Both the position numbers and the translations under genes were made by a program. From Xylella taiwanensis (GTDB lineage: Bacteria > Pseudomonadota > Gammaproteobacteria > Xanthomonadales > Xanthomonadaceae), in the NCBI RefSeq assembly GCF_013177435.1, contig NZ_CP053627.1, positions 1,590,001 through 1,622,000 on the forward strand: a stretch of 32,000 nucleotides of DNA, read 5' to 3'. Below, piece after piece: positions 22,101 through 27,456 of this stretch; the stretch's first letter is position 1; every line of letters begins with the position of its first letter. A model generated the notes under the pieces. The model was not told the origin of the DNA. It worked only from the letters and a program-made list of their open reading frames with translations, and made no database searches.

Positions 22101-22535
22101 TAGGCCATCAATGCGCAGGTGGGCCGCCTGGGGGCCGGTGTGGAGGAATTGGCCGCCACGGTTGTTGAACTGTTGGGTGTTCAGGTCCAGGGCGCCGCTG
22201 GCTTGGAGTTGCCCAGCGGCGTTGTTGACCACTTGGCTGTGAATGAGGGCCTCTGCTGCAAGGTGCAGGATGCCGTGACGGTTATCCAACCCTTGGCCTT
22301 GCAGGGTCAGTTGGTTCAGGGCGGCGTGGCCGTGGCGGTTGTCCAGGCCGCTCAGGGTGGCGTTGATGGCGCCGCCAGCCGTGATGAGGCCGCCGCGGTT
22401 GTCAATGTCACTCTCTAGGGTCAGGCGACCGTCGGCCAGCAGGGAGATGGCAGGGGGGGACGCAGGCAGGGGGGAGGTGTCGTTGCCAGGAGGTTCAATG
22501 GCAACGGAAGGGGGGGGGGCTGCCAGGAGGCTCAA
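13170..22535 (-). CDS. cdiA: cdiA/tpsA-type exoprotein, distal 3121-codon frame (FHA-1 repeats, central region, FHA-2 repeats, lipase-like C-terminus); out of frame with the TPS part
   Basis: It contains hundreds of LDN(R/S)GG-type beta-helix repeats and the conserved ..KRLGDGFYEQRLIREQIAQLTGRR..LTSDIVWL.. block. The track start is a TTG inside the coding continuum. The frame joins 22495-23865 if the C-run is 9 nt instead of 10 nt. Confidence 0.9.
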   Translation of the reverse strand: MSLLAAPPPSVAIEPPGNDTSPLPASPPAISLLADGRLTLESDIDNRGGLITAGGAINATLSGLDNRHGHAALNQLTLQGQGLDNRHGILHLAAEALIHSQVVNNAAGQLQASGALDLNTQQFNNRGGQFLHTGPQAAHLRIDGLLDNQHGVLASAANALTLQTGQLTNDAGQLQASGALALNTQQFSNRGGQFLHTGPQAAHLRIDGLLDNQHGVLASAANALTLQTGQLTNDAGQLQASGALDLQTHQLNNRGGQLLHTGPQAAHLRIGGLLDNTTGTLSSTGSALTLNATTLDNSGGTVQHSGQGSLQIDAATLFGPGGTLSSQGALSITGTQTDLSQGTTWAQHVSIRTGVLSTAGGQLTAQSDQALQLEARTRLDNRGGSIATNGVLDLHTATLDNRGGTLHSTGPGASRLEATQALDNRGGHLLLTGPATLTTGTWDNTQGQLLLSGPGTLHASTLDNRGGVLHTATGLLDLHVTGTLNNQDNGTLSSGQDLRLSAATVFNQHGTLDAAGAAQLHLSGLLDNSAGLLQSREALWLSSAGLTNRAGTLSGAQVTLYTQNQPLDNRGGRLGSTSGTVTLHSGVLDNRAGLVQAATALRIDTGPHLLDNSAGGALLAGGALDLRSATLNNHGGQVFSQAATQLHSTHIDNTAGGQLGGANGLQIDAHTLSNTGGRLHSGADARLHLDNRLDNHDGLISAAGALAITTTTLDNRTTPAAPDPGSRPRDTAAPATGLHATHLQIDSTTLDNRDGHLSAAQDIALTLRGALQNTAGRLTAGGTLQLSAAQLTNQAGTLLSGGAQSLHLSAFSGAGLLHAGTALTLALQEGLDNGGTLSAAGLLTVRTAGALHNRGLIQAADLTLHAQRIDNVATGQMAASGQAQLSAADTFSNAGLLHTGDLTLHAQRIDNAATGQMAASGQAQLSAADTFSNAGLLHTGDLTLQARTIDNAATGQMTASGQAQLTATETLTNSGLLQGRDLTLHAQNIDNVATGQMAASGQAQLTATETLSNSGLLQGRDLTLQAQRIDNVATGQMAASGQAQLTATATLSNSGLLQGRDLTLHAQRIDNAAAAQILASGQAQLSAADTFSNAGLLHTGDLTLQARTIDNAATGQITASGQAQLTATATLSNRGLIDAATTHLQAATLDNIGTARLYGDHLALQAQTLTNRDESTAGQTHAATIAARERLDIGAATVRNSGAALIYSAGDAAIGGTLDSDRHATGSATLLDNRSATIDVDGALDITTTTLNNIRDNVHLTQAPGVSTTVRMSQPAWRDNQRNNDADFTLTSNYDAHEIYYLNPNDILQDEPYTTPDGYIIHRAVVRLTPQTSAYLYARGGLYAARGQRQRLDLSQREGIVVLYYTDRQDQQPNPDQVQSAARQGSAWAGLDTPQKNERQQDVHITYQDEVLTYDPAYGTCRTDCVRLITWRDYTDPDHTLTHMRRGPTDVKTNEQYRHATKTTVDDILQPGVGAAALIQSGGAMFVQVDRLANHYADILAGGDQTIVGLPPHPPKDPEKAPEYSKASLIDNLTAELSRTTQFNNISYTYAGAAETWTMPSQRYTIGQIGGRITSGGHQYIAAVDVNNRLQSLHTTTHVEHPPLGDLHTSPPMPLMPELTPAPSTDQSAEEPALSVESQLPLTIPDTTLQDLADARLPTLHTDNAPISVAAPSWATATTVPGPLILPNNRLFTVHPDAASLIVTDPHFSGGSDRTTADRQLQALNDPLASMHKRLGDGFYEQRLIREQIAQLTGRRLLDGYANDDQQYRALLDAGVTVAQHYGLRPGIALSADQMAQLTSDIVWLVEQPVTLPNGTSTTALVPRVYLRPRRGDLKTDGALMAGARLTMDLSGTLTNTGTLTGRDRLTIDADNIHQEGGQMDADHVKVHTKDTLTDIGGTFSARSSLDVTAAGGLIARSTTRGYSTSGQRHFSRTEIDRPSTFRVTGPGGTLHVTSDKDMTLQGVTFSNTGPGGTSSVTAAGKLNMATVAVGETNTATLGPGNSIHSTRDSEVGTRITGTGNVTIKGEGGVIGRAVTLDSRQGKLNISSADGTVALVAGQERRSGQEERTSRRSGLWGSSRSHSTASSQDTIALGSVLGGTKVTVTGDKVYSVGTDFIADGNPHIEGTHGVGMFGAQNTHSSSYSTTQRRSGVFGSGAGFTVGSQKASQQGSHHATYLTGNTVAALNGNILIHSSKGAVQAPGIDLIAAGNINVSGVNVTMDPVYDTASAQQQQASKHSGFSVGFSSALGTFAQAVPADIRNARHAPTGQLSTLYGVRALNSAFSAGDRALDEIKTLREGGIPHTFGGGVSFGSTTSQSQTSMTATTARGAQLRAGGKVSVTAFGIHNEKGERQEGTGQLSAVGAQISSGSLAFNAAGDLILHSAQSTQEHTSSQRYSSSSVGAQWNVGSSSPSLNAGGARGRGQSSQQSVTQVDTAIRVSGNATLNAGGNAQLRGAHVLADSINGTIGGNLDIESRQDTLRASSQQRQNSAGATLVMSGLGSNATFSHANQHATQDYASVRDQSGLFAGAGGYTIHVGGHTQLDGGAIVSSAPQALQKLSTQSMGHSTVDNHHNAGASASGFTLSSDLVSGLSQGNSQLPIYSLGRTLIGQHMGSADRQVNDRSTTEAVVSAANIVLRGGDPAPLATLRRDPDGAHTPLAATDLGTLQADVQHRSQAGALLADSGRILIDQGLSNILSPTLEKVFCVSQPCTNDHAANNTLVEERTAALRQAHPGWSDKRLREQAVNDLTDTIHDANRTLDATKVAEFIAGTRGPNDDLLTDQSRWALTGGVANIQAIPVTLDALRALADEEKKNSTVFGNGISNLLRRAAELGLQMTPWDRNKGNIQDTGETYVNTTYVVHTQPTHTVGELIVAGLEKLMEVSNGRVVSPASRLQAQVAETLMYNEADKQYTNPVNFVGHSRGTMTETGALNVLAALGVKSDELKIFVNNPAAEESRLTAVAGQVTKNKPGFWSPPNDFVAHIIGGYPGTAGLKDLREIFETNYSVHSSGGTAALGSHPDNVNPEGVFSYAGLDIDEMNRKRHDQTMAALQQWQAVRRPEDPVATQLAQLQRLLDQSAYWQQQLDGTPGMLTPFTPASPPTGTSRQQQLQQLRQQLTPAE
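13173..14368 (-). other. C-terminal roughly 400-aa effector region of cdiA: alpha/beta-hydrolase (lipase/esterase-like) domain with a Gln-rich tail
   Basis: The nucleophile-elbow motif is FVGHSRGT (Ser codon 13770-13772). Candidate acid/His residues lie downstream (..PPNDFVAHIIGG.., ..YSVHSSGG..). The region starts after ..FCVSQPCTNDHAANN (14369-14380). There is no two-Cys PT-VENN domain. Confidence 0.6.
19134..19973 (-). repeat. Seven tandem 120-nt (40-aa) near-identical repeats inside cdiA
   Basis: The units read GLL(H/Q)(T/G)(G/R)DLTL(H/Q)A(Q/R)(R/T/N)IDN(A/V)ATGQ(M/I)(A/T)ASGQAQL(S/T)A.... The nucleotide period is exactly 120, and several units are identical over most of their length. 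Confidence 0.9.
21639..22214 (-). repeat. Three tandem 192-nt (64-aa) repeats inside cdiA (first two nearly identical)
   Basis: GQLQASGAL.LNTQQF.NRGGQFLHTGPQAAHLRIDGLLDNQHGVLASAANALTLQTGQLTNDA occurs twice and is followed by a diverged third copy. Unit starts are at 22214, 22022 and 21830. Confidence 0.9.
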
Positions 22536-23865
22536 CGGCGACGGGAGGGGCGCTGGGGCCGGTGGGCAGGTCCGTGGAGGGAGGCTGCCCGATAGACGGC
22601 CCCTCCACAGCTCCCAGGCGGCCTTGGGCTTGGTTGTCGAACTGCTGGGCTTGGATGGATAGGGGTTGGGCGCCGGTTTGTTCCAGGCGACCGCCGCGGT
22701 TGTCCAGGGTGGCGCCGCTCAGGTCCAGTCGAGCGGCGTTGAGGGTGCCGCTGCGGTTGTCAATGTCGGCCTGAGTGTGCAGGTGCAGGGTCTGGGCAGC
22801 ACTGATCAGGCCGCTGTTGCCAACCCCCTGTGTCGCGTTCAGGTGCGTGTCTGTGGCCGCTTGCAGGCGACCACTGTTGTCTAGGCGGCCATCCACCGTG
22901 ACCACCAGTTCACCGGACTGGGCCGTCATGGCGCCAGCATGACGGACGCCTAAGCCGTGTTCGGTGCCTATCAGGGTGATCTTGCCGGCGTACATCCCGC
23001 CCAGGGCCGATACATCCAGGGCAAAGGCCGGAGGCGCCGCCGCGCCAGGCAGGGAGACAGCCGCGCTACCGTCAGCCGGCACGGAGGCAGCGCCAATGCT
23101 CCCCTGCAGTTGCTGGGCCCATAGGCCAGCGTTGAGCTGTATGGAGCGGGTGATCAGGGCGGTGTAGTCAGCCGTGCGGCTGTCCAGGCCAGCGCCGTCC
23201 AGGCGAATAGCACCGCCTTGAACGCGGTAGCTCTCTAAGGCGCCGCCAGCATCAAACTCGGGAGCTCCCGTGCTCAGGGTGAAACGGCTGGCGTTGAGCA
23301 CCCCGCAGCCGCTGCAGGTGATCCCAGAAGGGTTGGCAATGATCACTTGGGCGCGGGCGCCAGCCACTTCCACCATGCCATGCAATTGGCTGGGTTGGGC
23401 GCTGTTTACTTCGTTAAGAATCACCCGGGCGGTGCCGGTCGCCAGCCAGGGGTTGCCCGGTACCCAGCCGCCCAGGTGTGTTTGGGTTTGGGTGCGGGCG
23501 TTGTTGAGAATCGCGCCAGAGGCGCCCACGTCTAGCTGTTGGTAGGTGTTGCGCGATACTCCCGCCTGGCTGGGGGTTTGAATATTGATCAGGGCAACAC
23601 CAGGGGACGCTTCCAAAATCGTGGGGCGCTGCGTCCCGGGGGCCTGGGGATCGGCCACCACTTGGGCGCCAGCCAGGCTGCACACCCCAACCCAACCCAG
23701 GCTCAACCATAATCCAAAGGACACTGCACGCACTTGCGCGGTCTGTCGGCGCGCTAGCTGCGGTGAGGTGCCCGCGGCGCTACCGCGTGGAACAGCCAGT
23801 TCTGAAGCCACTTGCCATAGGCGCAGGGCGCGGTTGTAGATCAGGCGGTACAGGTCCTTGTTCAT
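22495..23865 (-). CDS. cdiA: cdiA/tpsA-type exoprotein, proximal part: extended signal peptide (ESPR) and TPS secretion domain, terminated by a frameshift
   Basis: The ATG at 23863-23865 is preceded by AAGGA. The ESPR is MNKDLYRLIYNRALRLWQVASELA. TPS hallmarks are ..AGVSRNTYQQLDV.., ..ILNN.., ..GNPWL.., ..ILNEV.. and ..VIIANPSGITCSGCGVLN... The frame ends ..EPPGSPPPFRCH* just after the homopolymer. Confidence 0.9.
   Translation of the reverse strand: MNKDLYRLIYNRALRLWQVASELAVPRGSAAGTSPQLARRQTAQVRAVSFGLWLSLGWVGVCSLAGAQVVADPQAPGTQRPTILEASPGVALINIQTPSQAGVSRNTYQQLDVGASGAILNNARTQTQTHLGGWVPGNPWLATGTARVILNEVNSAQPSQLHGMVEVAGARAQVIIANPSGITCSGCGVLNASRFTLSTGAPEFDAGGALESYRVQGGAIRLDGAGLDSRTADYTALITRSIQLNAGLWAQQLQGSIGAASVPADGSAAVSLPGAAAPPAFALDVSALGGMYAGKITLIGTEHGLGVRHAGAMTAQSGELVVTVDGRLDNSGRLQAATDTHLNATQGVGNSGLISAAQTLHLHTQADIDNRSGTLNAARLDLSGATLDNRGGRLEQTGAQPLSIQAQQFDNQAQGRLGAVEGPSIGQPPSTDLPTGPSAPPVAVEPPGSPPPFRCH
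22510..22519. repeat. G10 (coding-strand C10) homopolymer at the cdiA frameshift
   Basis: I counted 10 consecutive G at 22510-22519. With 9 (or 12) the frames fuse to read ..VAVEPPGSPPPSVAIEPPGNDTSPL... Confidence 0.9.
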
Positions 23866-23932
23866 CCATAGTCCTTGTGATGAGGGAGGATCCCGAACGC
23901 CCAGGTCAGGTGAGGGATGCTCCATGAGATAA

Positions 23933-23948
23933 GGTGATATTTATCACA
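23933..23948. promoter_or_regulatory. CRP/Vfr/Clp-like palindrome GGTGA-N6-TCACA upstream of cdiA
   Basis: TAAGGTGATATTTATCACATTT matches the 22-bp CRP consensus AAATGTGATCTAGATCACATTT at 17 positions by my count. Its centre lies about 75 nt upstream of the cdiA ATG. I found no convincing -10/-35 pair. Confidence 0.3.
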
Positions 23949-24227
23949 TTTTAATCCGGCCAGCGTAAAAATGTGCTAAGCCGTGCGCGGACATTCCACT
24001 CACGCCAACTTCAGAAAAACACTCAGGCTCAGTTCGAAAAGTACAGCACACACTCCACATCCACTCGAAACTACTACGGAAAAAAATGGCCAACACCACA
24101 TGCCCCCCTGACAACAGCCAACGAGTCACCGAACAAGCCAACCATATAGCGGAATACACATGCTCCACAGAGATACATCCCAATGAGGAGTCATTTGCGC
24201 AAATCGGGTAAGGTTTTGGGATGGTGA

Positions 24228-24242
24228 TAGGATTGAATCCTA
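24228..24242. promoter_or_regulatory. Perfect 15-bp palindrome TAGGATTGAATCCTA, candidate ParD operator (a second palindrome ATTTGCGCAAAT lies at 24193-24204)
   Basis: Both palindromes were read directly from the sequence. They lie 20-70 nt upstream of the parD ATG. Ribbon-helix-helix antitoxins typically autoregulate through such sites. Confidence 0.35.
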
Positions 24243-24263
24243 CTGAACCGATTGGAGGCCGGC

Positions 24264-24533
24264 ATGCGAACCACTCAACAAATGAGCATCACTTTGCCAA
24301 ATGACATGGCCAACGTGGTGAGAACGAAGGTGAAAACAGGAGAATACGCGAACGAAAGCGAGGTCATCCATGACGGCCTGCGCGCGCTTCTTGCACGTGA
24401 CCTTGCCGTCGAAGCTTGGCTTCACAACCAAGCAGGTGCAGCGTATGACGCGCTGAAAGCCGATCCCGCCCGAGCTATCACCCCTGACCAAGTACGCACA
24501 CGCCTCGCCGCAGAACATACGAAGGCCCGATGA
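24264..24533 (+). CDS. parD: ParD-family (ribbon-helix-helix, COG3609-type) antitoxin
   Basis: The ATG at 24264 is preceded by GGAGG with a 5-nt spacer. The motif ..MSITLPNDMANVVRTKVKTGEYANESEVIHDGLRALLARD.. is typical of ParD-type antitoxins. Its stop overlaps the parE start (ATGA). Confidence 0.8.
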   Translation: MRTTQQMSITLPNDMANVVRTKVKTGEYANESEVIHDGLRALLARDLAVEAWLHNQAGAAYDALKADPARAITPDQVRTRLAAEHTKAR

Positions 24534-24850
24534 GCTACAAGGTTGTTTTCTCACCTGAGACCGAAGAGCAGCTTGCCAAGCTATACCGCTACATCGCGGC
24601 AGCGGCCTCACCTGACATTGCAGCTCACTACACCGAAGCAATCGTCTCCTACTGTGAAAGTCTTGGCACGTTCCCCCTGCGCGGCACCATGCGCAACGAT
24701 GTACGACCTGGCTTGCGCATCACGCACTACCGCAAGCGCGTCGTGATCGCCTTCGATGTGGTTGACAATCTGGTTTCCATCATAGGCGTGTTCTACGGCG
24801 GCCAGGATTACGAAACAATCCTGCACGATCACGATGACGCGGACGAATGA
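24530..24850 (+). CDS. parE: ParE/RelE-superfamily toxin
   Basis: The 106-aa protein MSYKVVFSPETEEQLAKLYRYIA...RITHYRKRVVIAFDVVDNLVSIIGVFYGGQDYE has a typical ParE layout and is translationally coupled to parD. Confidence 0.8.
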   Translation: MSYKVVFSPETEEQLAKLYRYIAAAASPDIAAHYTEAIVSYCESLGTFPLRGTMRNDVRPGLRITHYRKRVVIAFDVVDNLVSIIGVFYGGQDYETILHDHDDADE

Positions 24851-24872
24851 TCCAAATTCTTGACCATTGTTG

Positions 24873-24939
24873 AATAAACCTCATATTTACCCACCACCGC
24901 GTGATAAGCCTCTTCCACATTTTGAAATTCATGATTCAT
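24873..24939 (-). pseudogene. Remnant of an ImmN immunity gene (N-terminal codons with an internal deletion)
   Basis: It translates as MNHEFQNVEEAYHA|VVGKYEVY.., compared with the intact MNTEFEFQNVEEAYHAIAEDLMAFPGERAWDEVVGKYEVY (27457-27894). Homology ends about 25 nt from the parE stop. Confidence 0.7.
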
Positions 24940-25197
24940 TGGTTAAATGTCCTTGAAATTTTTTCCCCGTTAATCTCTCTGCTTTAACCACAAACTTATT
25001 CGGCCTCACGCCCCCATTGACTGGATAATACACATCAATGTTGACATTGACGGACTTACCGTCCTGCAAGGCTTGACGAAACATATTTTCCATTTCCTTC
25101 CAATCGCTTCGATTCAAAATCTTTGCTTGCGGCACGAGATTGATCTTATCACCGGCTCCGCCGAGGCTGGATGCAATCAAATGTCCGCCTTCATCGC
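24929..25197 (-). pseudogene. 3' fragment of a third His-Me nuclease CT allele
   Basis: It translates as ..(GDEGGH)LIASSLGGAGDKINLVPQAKILNRSDWKEMENMFRQALQDGKSVNVNIDVYYPVNGGVRPNKFVV... It is out of frame with the upstream piece. A 1-nt deletion near the end shifts the stop. Confidence 0.8.
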
Positions 25198-25210
25198 CCG
25201 GTAGACCACT

Positions 25211-25589
25211 GTGACATCCAGTGAACCGCGGGCGCTGAATGTGCCGCCAATGTCGGTGAGGGTGTCTTTGGTATGCACTTTGACGTGGTCGGCGTCCATC
25301 TGGCCGCCTTCTTGGTGGATGTTGTCCGCGTCAATCGTGAGGCGGTCGCGCCCGGTGAGGGTGCCGGTGTTGCTGAGGGTGCCCGATAGGTCCATGGTGA
25401 GGCGGGCACCGGCCATGAGGGCGCCGTCGGTCTTCAGGTCCCCGCGGCGCGGGCGTAGGTAGACACGGGGTACCAGGGCGGTGGTGCTGGTGCCGTTGGG
25501 CAGGGTGTCTAGGGCCTGTTGGGTTTGGGTGGCTTCTTGAGCGCGGTTGTTAATAAAGGTGCCGACTTCGCGCTGCAGGCCGCTGCCGA
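25211..25589 (-). pseudogene. Scrambled cdiA fragments: a copy of main-gene region about 16815-17106 fused in frame to a copy of the pretoxin-leader region (compare 7328-7410)
   Basis: 25211-25506 encodes TLPNGTSTTALVPRVYLRPRRGDLKTDGALMAGARLTMDLSGTL.NTGTLTGRDRLTIDADNIHQEGG.., as in the main cdiA. 25507-25589 encodes ..GLQREVGTFINNRAQEATQTQQALD. The junction at 25506/25507 has TG microhomology. Confidence 0.8.
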
Positions 25590-25830
25590 CGTTTTATGAC
25601 TTCCCGCTTTATATTCGGATGAGGTTGGTTTTAGATTTAAACCAAAAATAACCCATTGATGATTTAGGCAATGCTACCCAAACACACCCTACTTTATTCA
25701 ATAGCCTTTAAATAAAACACCACGATTTATATTAGCAATCATACCCGCACCGGCACCCCCCCTTTAGGGACGCGGCACCCGTGGATTAACACCACTCACC
25801 TCAAGAGGCAGTGCAATTACTGAGGCATCA
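25590..25830 (-). repeat. Intergenic repeat, copy R3 (full length, most diverged)
   Basis: It has the same left breakpoint (..ccgctgccga|cgttttatgac..). Its AT palindrome is degenerate (tttattcaatagcctttaaataaa). Its GC-hairpin arm is of the R1 subtype. Confidence 0.85.
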
Positions 25831-26223
25831 TCAAAAACACCAATCGTAATCATCCTCACCATGTTCTCCTACGCCTTTTAATACCCAGACGGCGACGAAT
25901 GGACACTCCTCAAACACCAACCAAGTTCCTTTCTCTAGTGCTTCATCCGAAGCAGGAAAACAGCTTCTAAACATCTCCACCAACACCTCGGTGGAACCCT
26001 CCATGATAAGTCCGTCCTTTCTATTACCAAGCTTGAAACGACCCTCATCAAGGAATTTCCCGATGATAAACAGAAAATCGTTTTTTCTTTCTTCAAATGA
26101 ATCCTGAGCTATCTGCTGAGGCCCAATTCCATGCGCCCTCCCTACATACCCCCAAAGAAAATGCAAAGGCTCCCCTGCCCTGTCAGGGTCACAAATAGAA
26201 TCTATCTGCTCTTGGGTTAACAT
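25831..26223 (-). CDS. CDI immunity protein, family A (ImmA)
   Basis: The ATG at 26221-26223 gives MLTQEQIDSICDPDRAGEPLHFLW... It lies directly after toxin stub 26235-26597. Confidence 0.8.
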   Translation of the reverse strand: MLTQEQIDSICDPDRAGEPLHFLWGYVGRAHGIGPQQIAQDSFEERKNDFLFIIGKFLDEGRFKLGNRKDGLIMEGSTEVLVEMFRSCFPASDEALEKGTWLVFEECPFVAVWVLKGVGEHGEDDYDWCF

Positions 26224-26234
26224 CCAATCACCTC

Positions 26235-26597
26235 TCACCTAAATTTAAGTTCAACTGTTTCTTTTGTAATGTCTCGCAAAGAAGGATTATTTTCTATATC
26301 AATCGTCCACCTCGCTCCGGTTTCTTTTTGTGAAGAAGAAACAGACCTCAAACGCACACTGGTTCCATCACTGAGTTTAGCCAGATAAATACCTGGGCTG
26401 ACCTGCTTTAAAGGCACATCTCCGGCTAATTTTTGCGCATAGTTTTTAATATCTTGATCAGTTAAGGCCTCTGATTTAAACACCTTCACATGACCCGCTT
26501 TATTACTTCCCCCTTGCACTTTGGGATCATACGGGATGGCTTTGACATTGACATTGCTTCGATTCAACAGCGATGCTTGCAGCAACATCGCATGCAA
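26235..26597 (-). pseudogene. Family-A toxin stub fused to a short scar of a nuclease CT gene
   Basis: Family-A homology starts at ..KAIPYDPKVQGGSNKAGHVKVF... The preceding codons ..LLNRSNVNV.. resemble ..ILNRSDW...SVNVNI.. of the nuclease allele at 24929-25197. Confidence 0.7.
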
Positions 26598-26667
26598 GCA
26601 CCTAAAAGAAGAAAATCCATCGCGTTTAATGATTTCACTGACGCAGTGTCAAGCCAATCAAACAACC

Positions 26668-27054
26668 TCACGTCCACTCATAATAATCTTCTCCATTTTC
26701 ACCTTCTCCTTTAAACACCCATACCGCTCCAGCGGGACACTCATCCATAAAAAACCAGAGTCCTGCTCCTTCCATATCCACATCTTCATCCGAAACAGGA
26801 AACGATTTTCTAAATAGATCAACCAATTCTTCGGTCGTCCCCGTAATAAATTCACCTTTTTTGGCAAGCTTAAGCTTGCCCTCATCAAGTAATTTCTCCA
26901 ATAAAAACAGAAAATCATTTTTTCTTTCTTCAAACGAATCATTATTTACTTTCCTAGTATCAATTCCATGTGCATCACATATGCCAAACCAAAGAAAATG
27001 CAAAGGATGGATTAAATCCTCACAAATAAAATCTATTTGTTCTTGCGTTAACAT
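26668..27054 (-). CDS. CDI immunity protein, family A (ImmA), divergent allele
   Basis: The ATG at 27052-27054 lies 4 nt after the TAA of the toxin stub (the same TTTT spacer as at 301-306). It translates as MLTQEQIDFICEDLIHPLHFLW... Confidence 0.8.
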   Translation of the reverse strand: MLTQEQIDFICEDLIHPLHFLWFGICDAHGIDTRKVNNDSFEERKNDFLFLLEKLLDEGKLKLAKKGEFITGTTEELVDLFRKSFPVSDEDVDMEGAGLWFFMDECPAGAVWVFKGEGENGEDYYEWT

Positions 27055-27058
27055 AAAA

Positions 27059-27391
27059 TTACCTGAATTTAAGTTCAACTTTTTGTTGATTTACAACATC
27101 TTTCAAGGCCGGACTATTTCTTATATCAATCGTCCACCTCGCTCCAGTTTCTTTTTGTGAAGAAGAAACAGACCTAAAATTCAAAATAGTTCCATCACTG
27201 AGTTTAGCCAGATAAACCCCTGGGCTGACCTGCTTTAAAGGCACATCTCCGGCCAATTGCTGTGCATAGTTTTTAATATCCTGATCCGTTAAGACCTGGG
27301 AATCAAACACCTTCACATGACCCGCTTTATTACTTCCCCCTCTCACTTTGGGATCATACGGGATGGCTTTGACCTCCACGCCTGAAATCAC
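27059..27391 (-). pseudogene. Family-A toxin stub (last roughly 105 codons only)
   Basis: It has the same junction type as 5225-5554 (..TGA GTG ATT TCA GGC GTG GAG GTC AAA GCC ATC CCG TAT GAT..). Confidence 0.75.
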
Positions 27392-27456
27392 TCATTCATG
27401 ATTGAGCTTATTTAACTAGCCGCTGGCGGCACCATTATCACCAGCAGCCTTGATGC

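Noticed and set aside
23866-23925. 20-codon extension (MEHPSPDLGVRDPPSSQGLW) at the start of the cdiA TPS ORF
   Set aside because: The canonical extended signal peptide motif begins at the next ATG (MNKDLYRLIYN..), which has an AAGGA Shine-Dalgarno-like sequence 6 nt upstream. The extension would bury the signal peptide.
23944-24641. Minus-strand ORFs 23944-24183 (79 aa) and 24240-24641 (133 aa)
   Set aside because: The first lies in the AT-rich cdiA upstream region with no ribosome-binding site and a Cys/Trp-rich improbable sequence. The second is antisense to the well-supported parD/parE genes.
26658-26942. 94-aa minus-strand ORF and several 60-100-aa plus-strand ORFs overlapping ImmA/ImmN genes (e.g. 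26490-26817, 29378-29626, 30191-30400)
   Set aside because: They are alternative-frame or antisense ORFs within, or bridging, conserved immunity genes and repeats. They show no conservation of their own frame between repeat copies.
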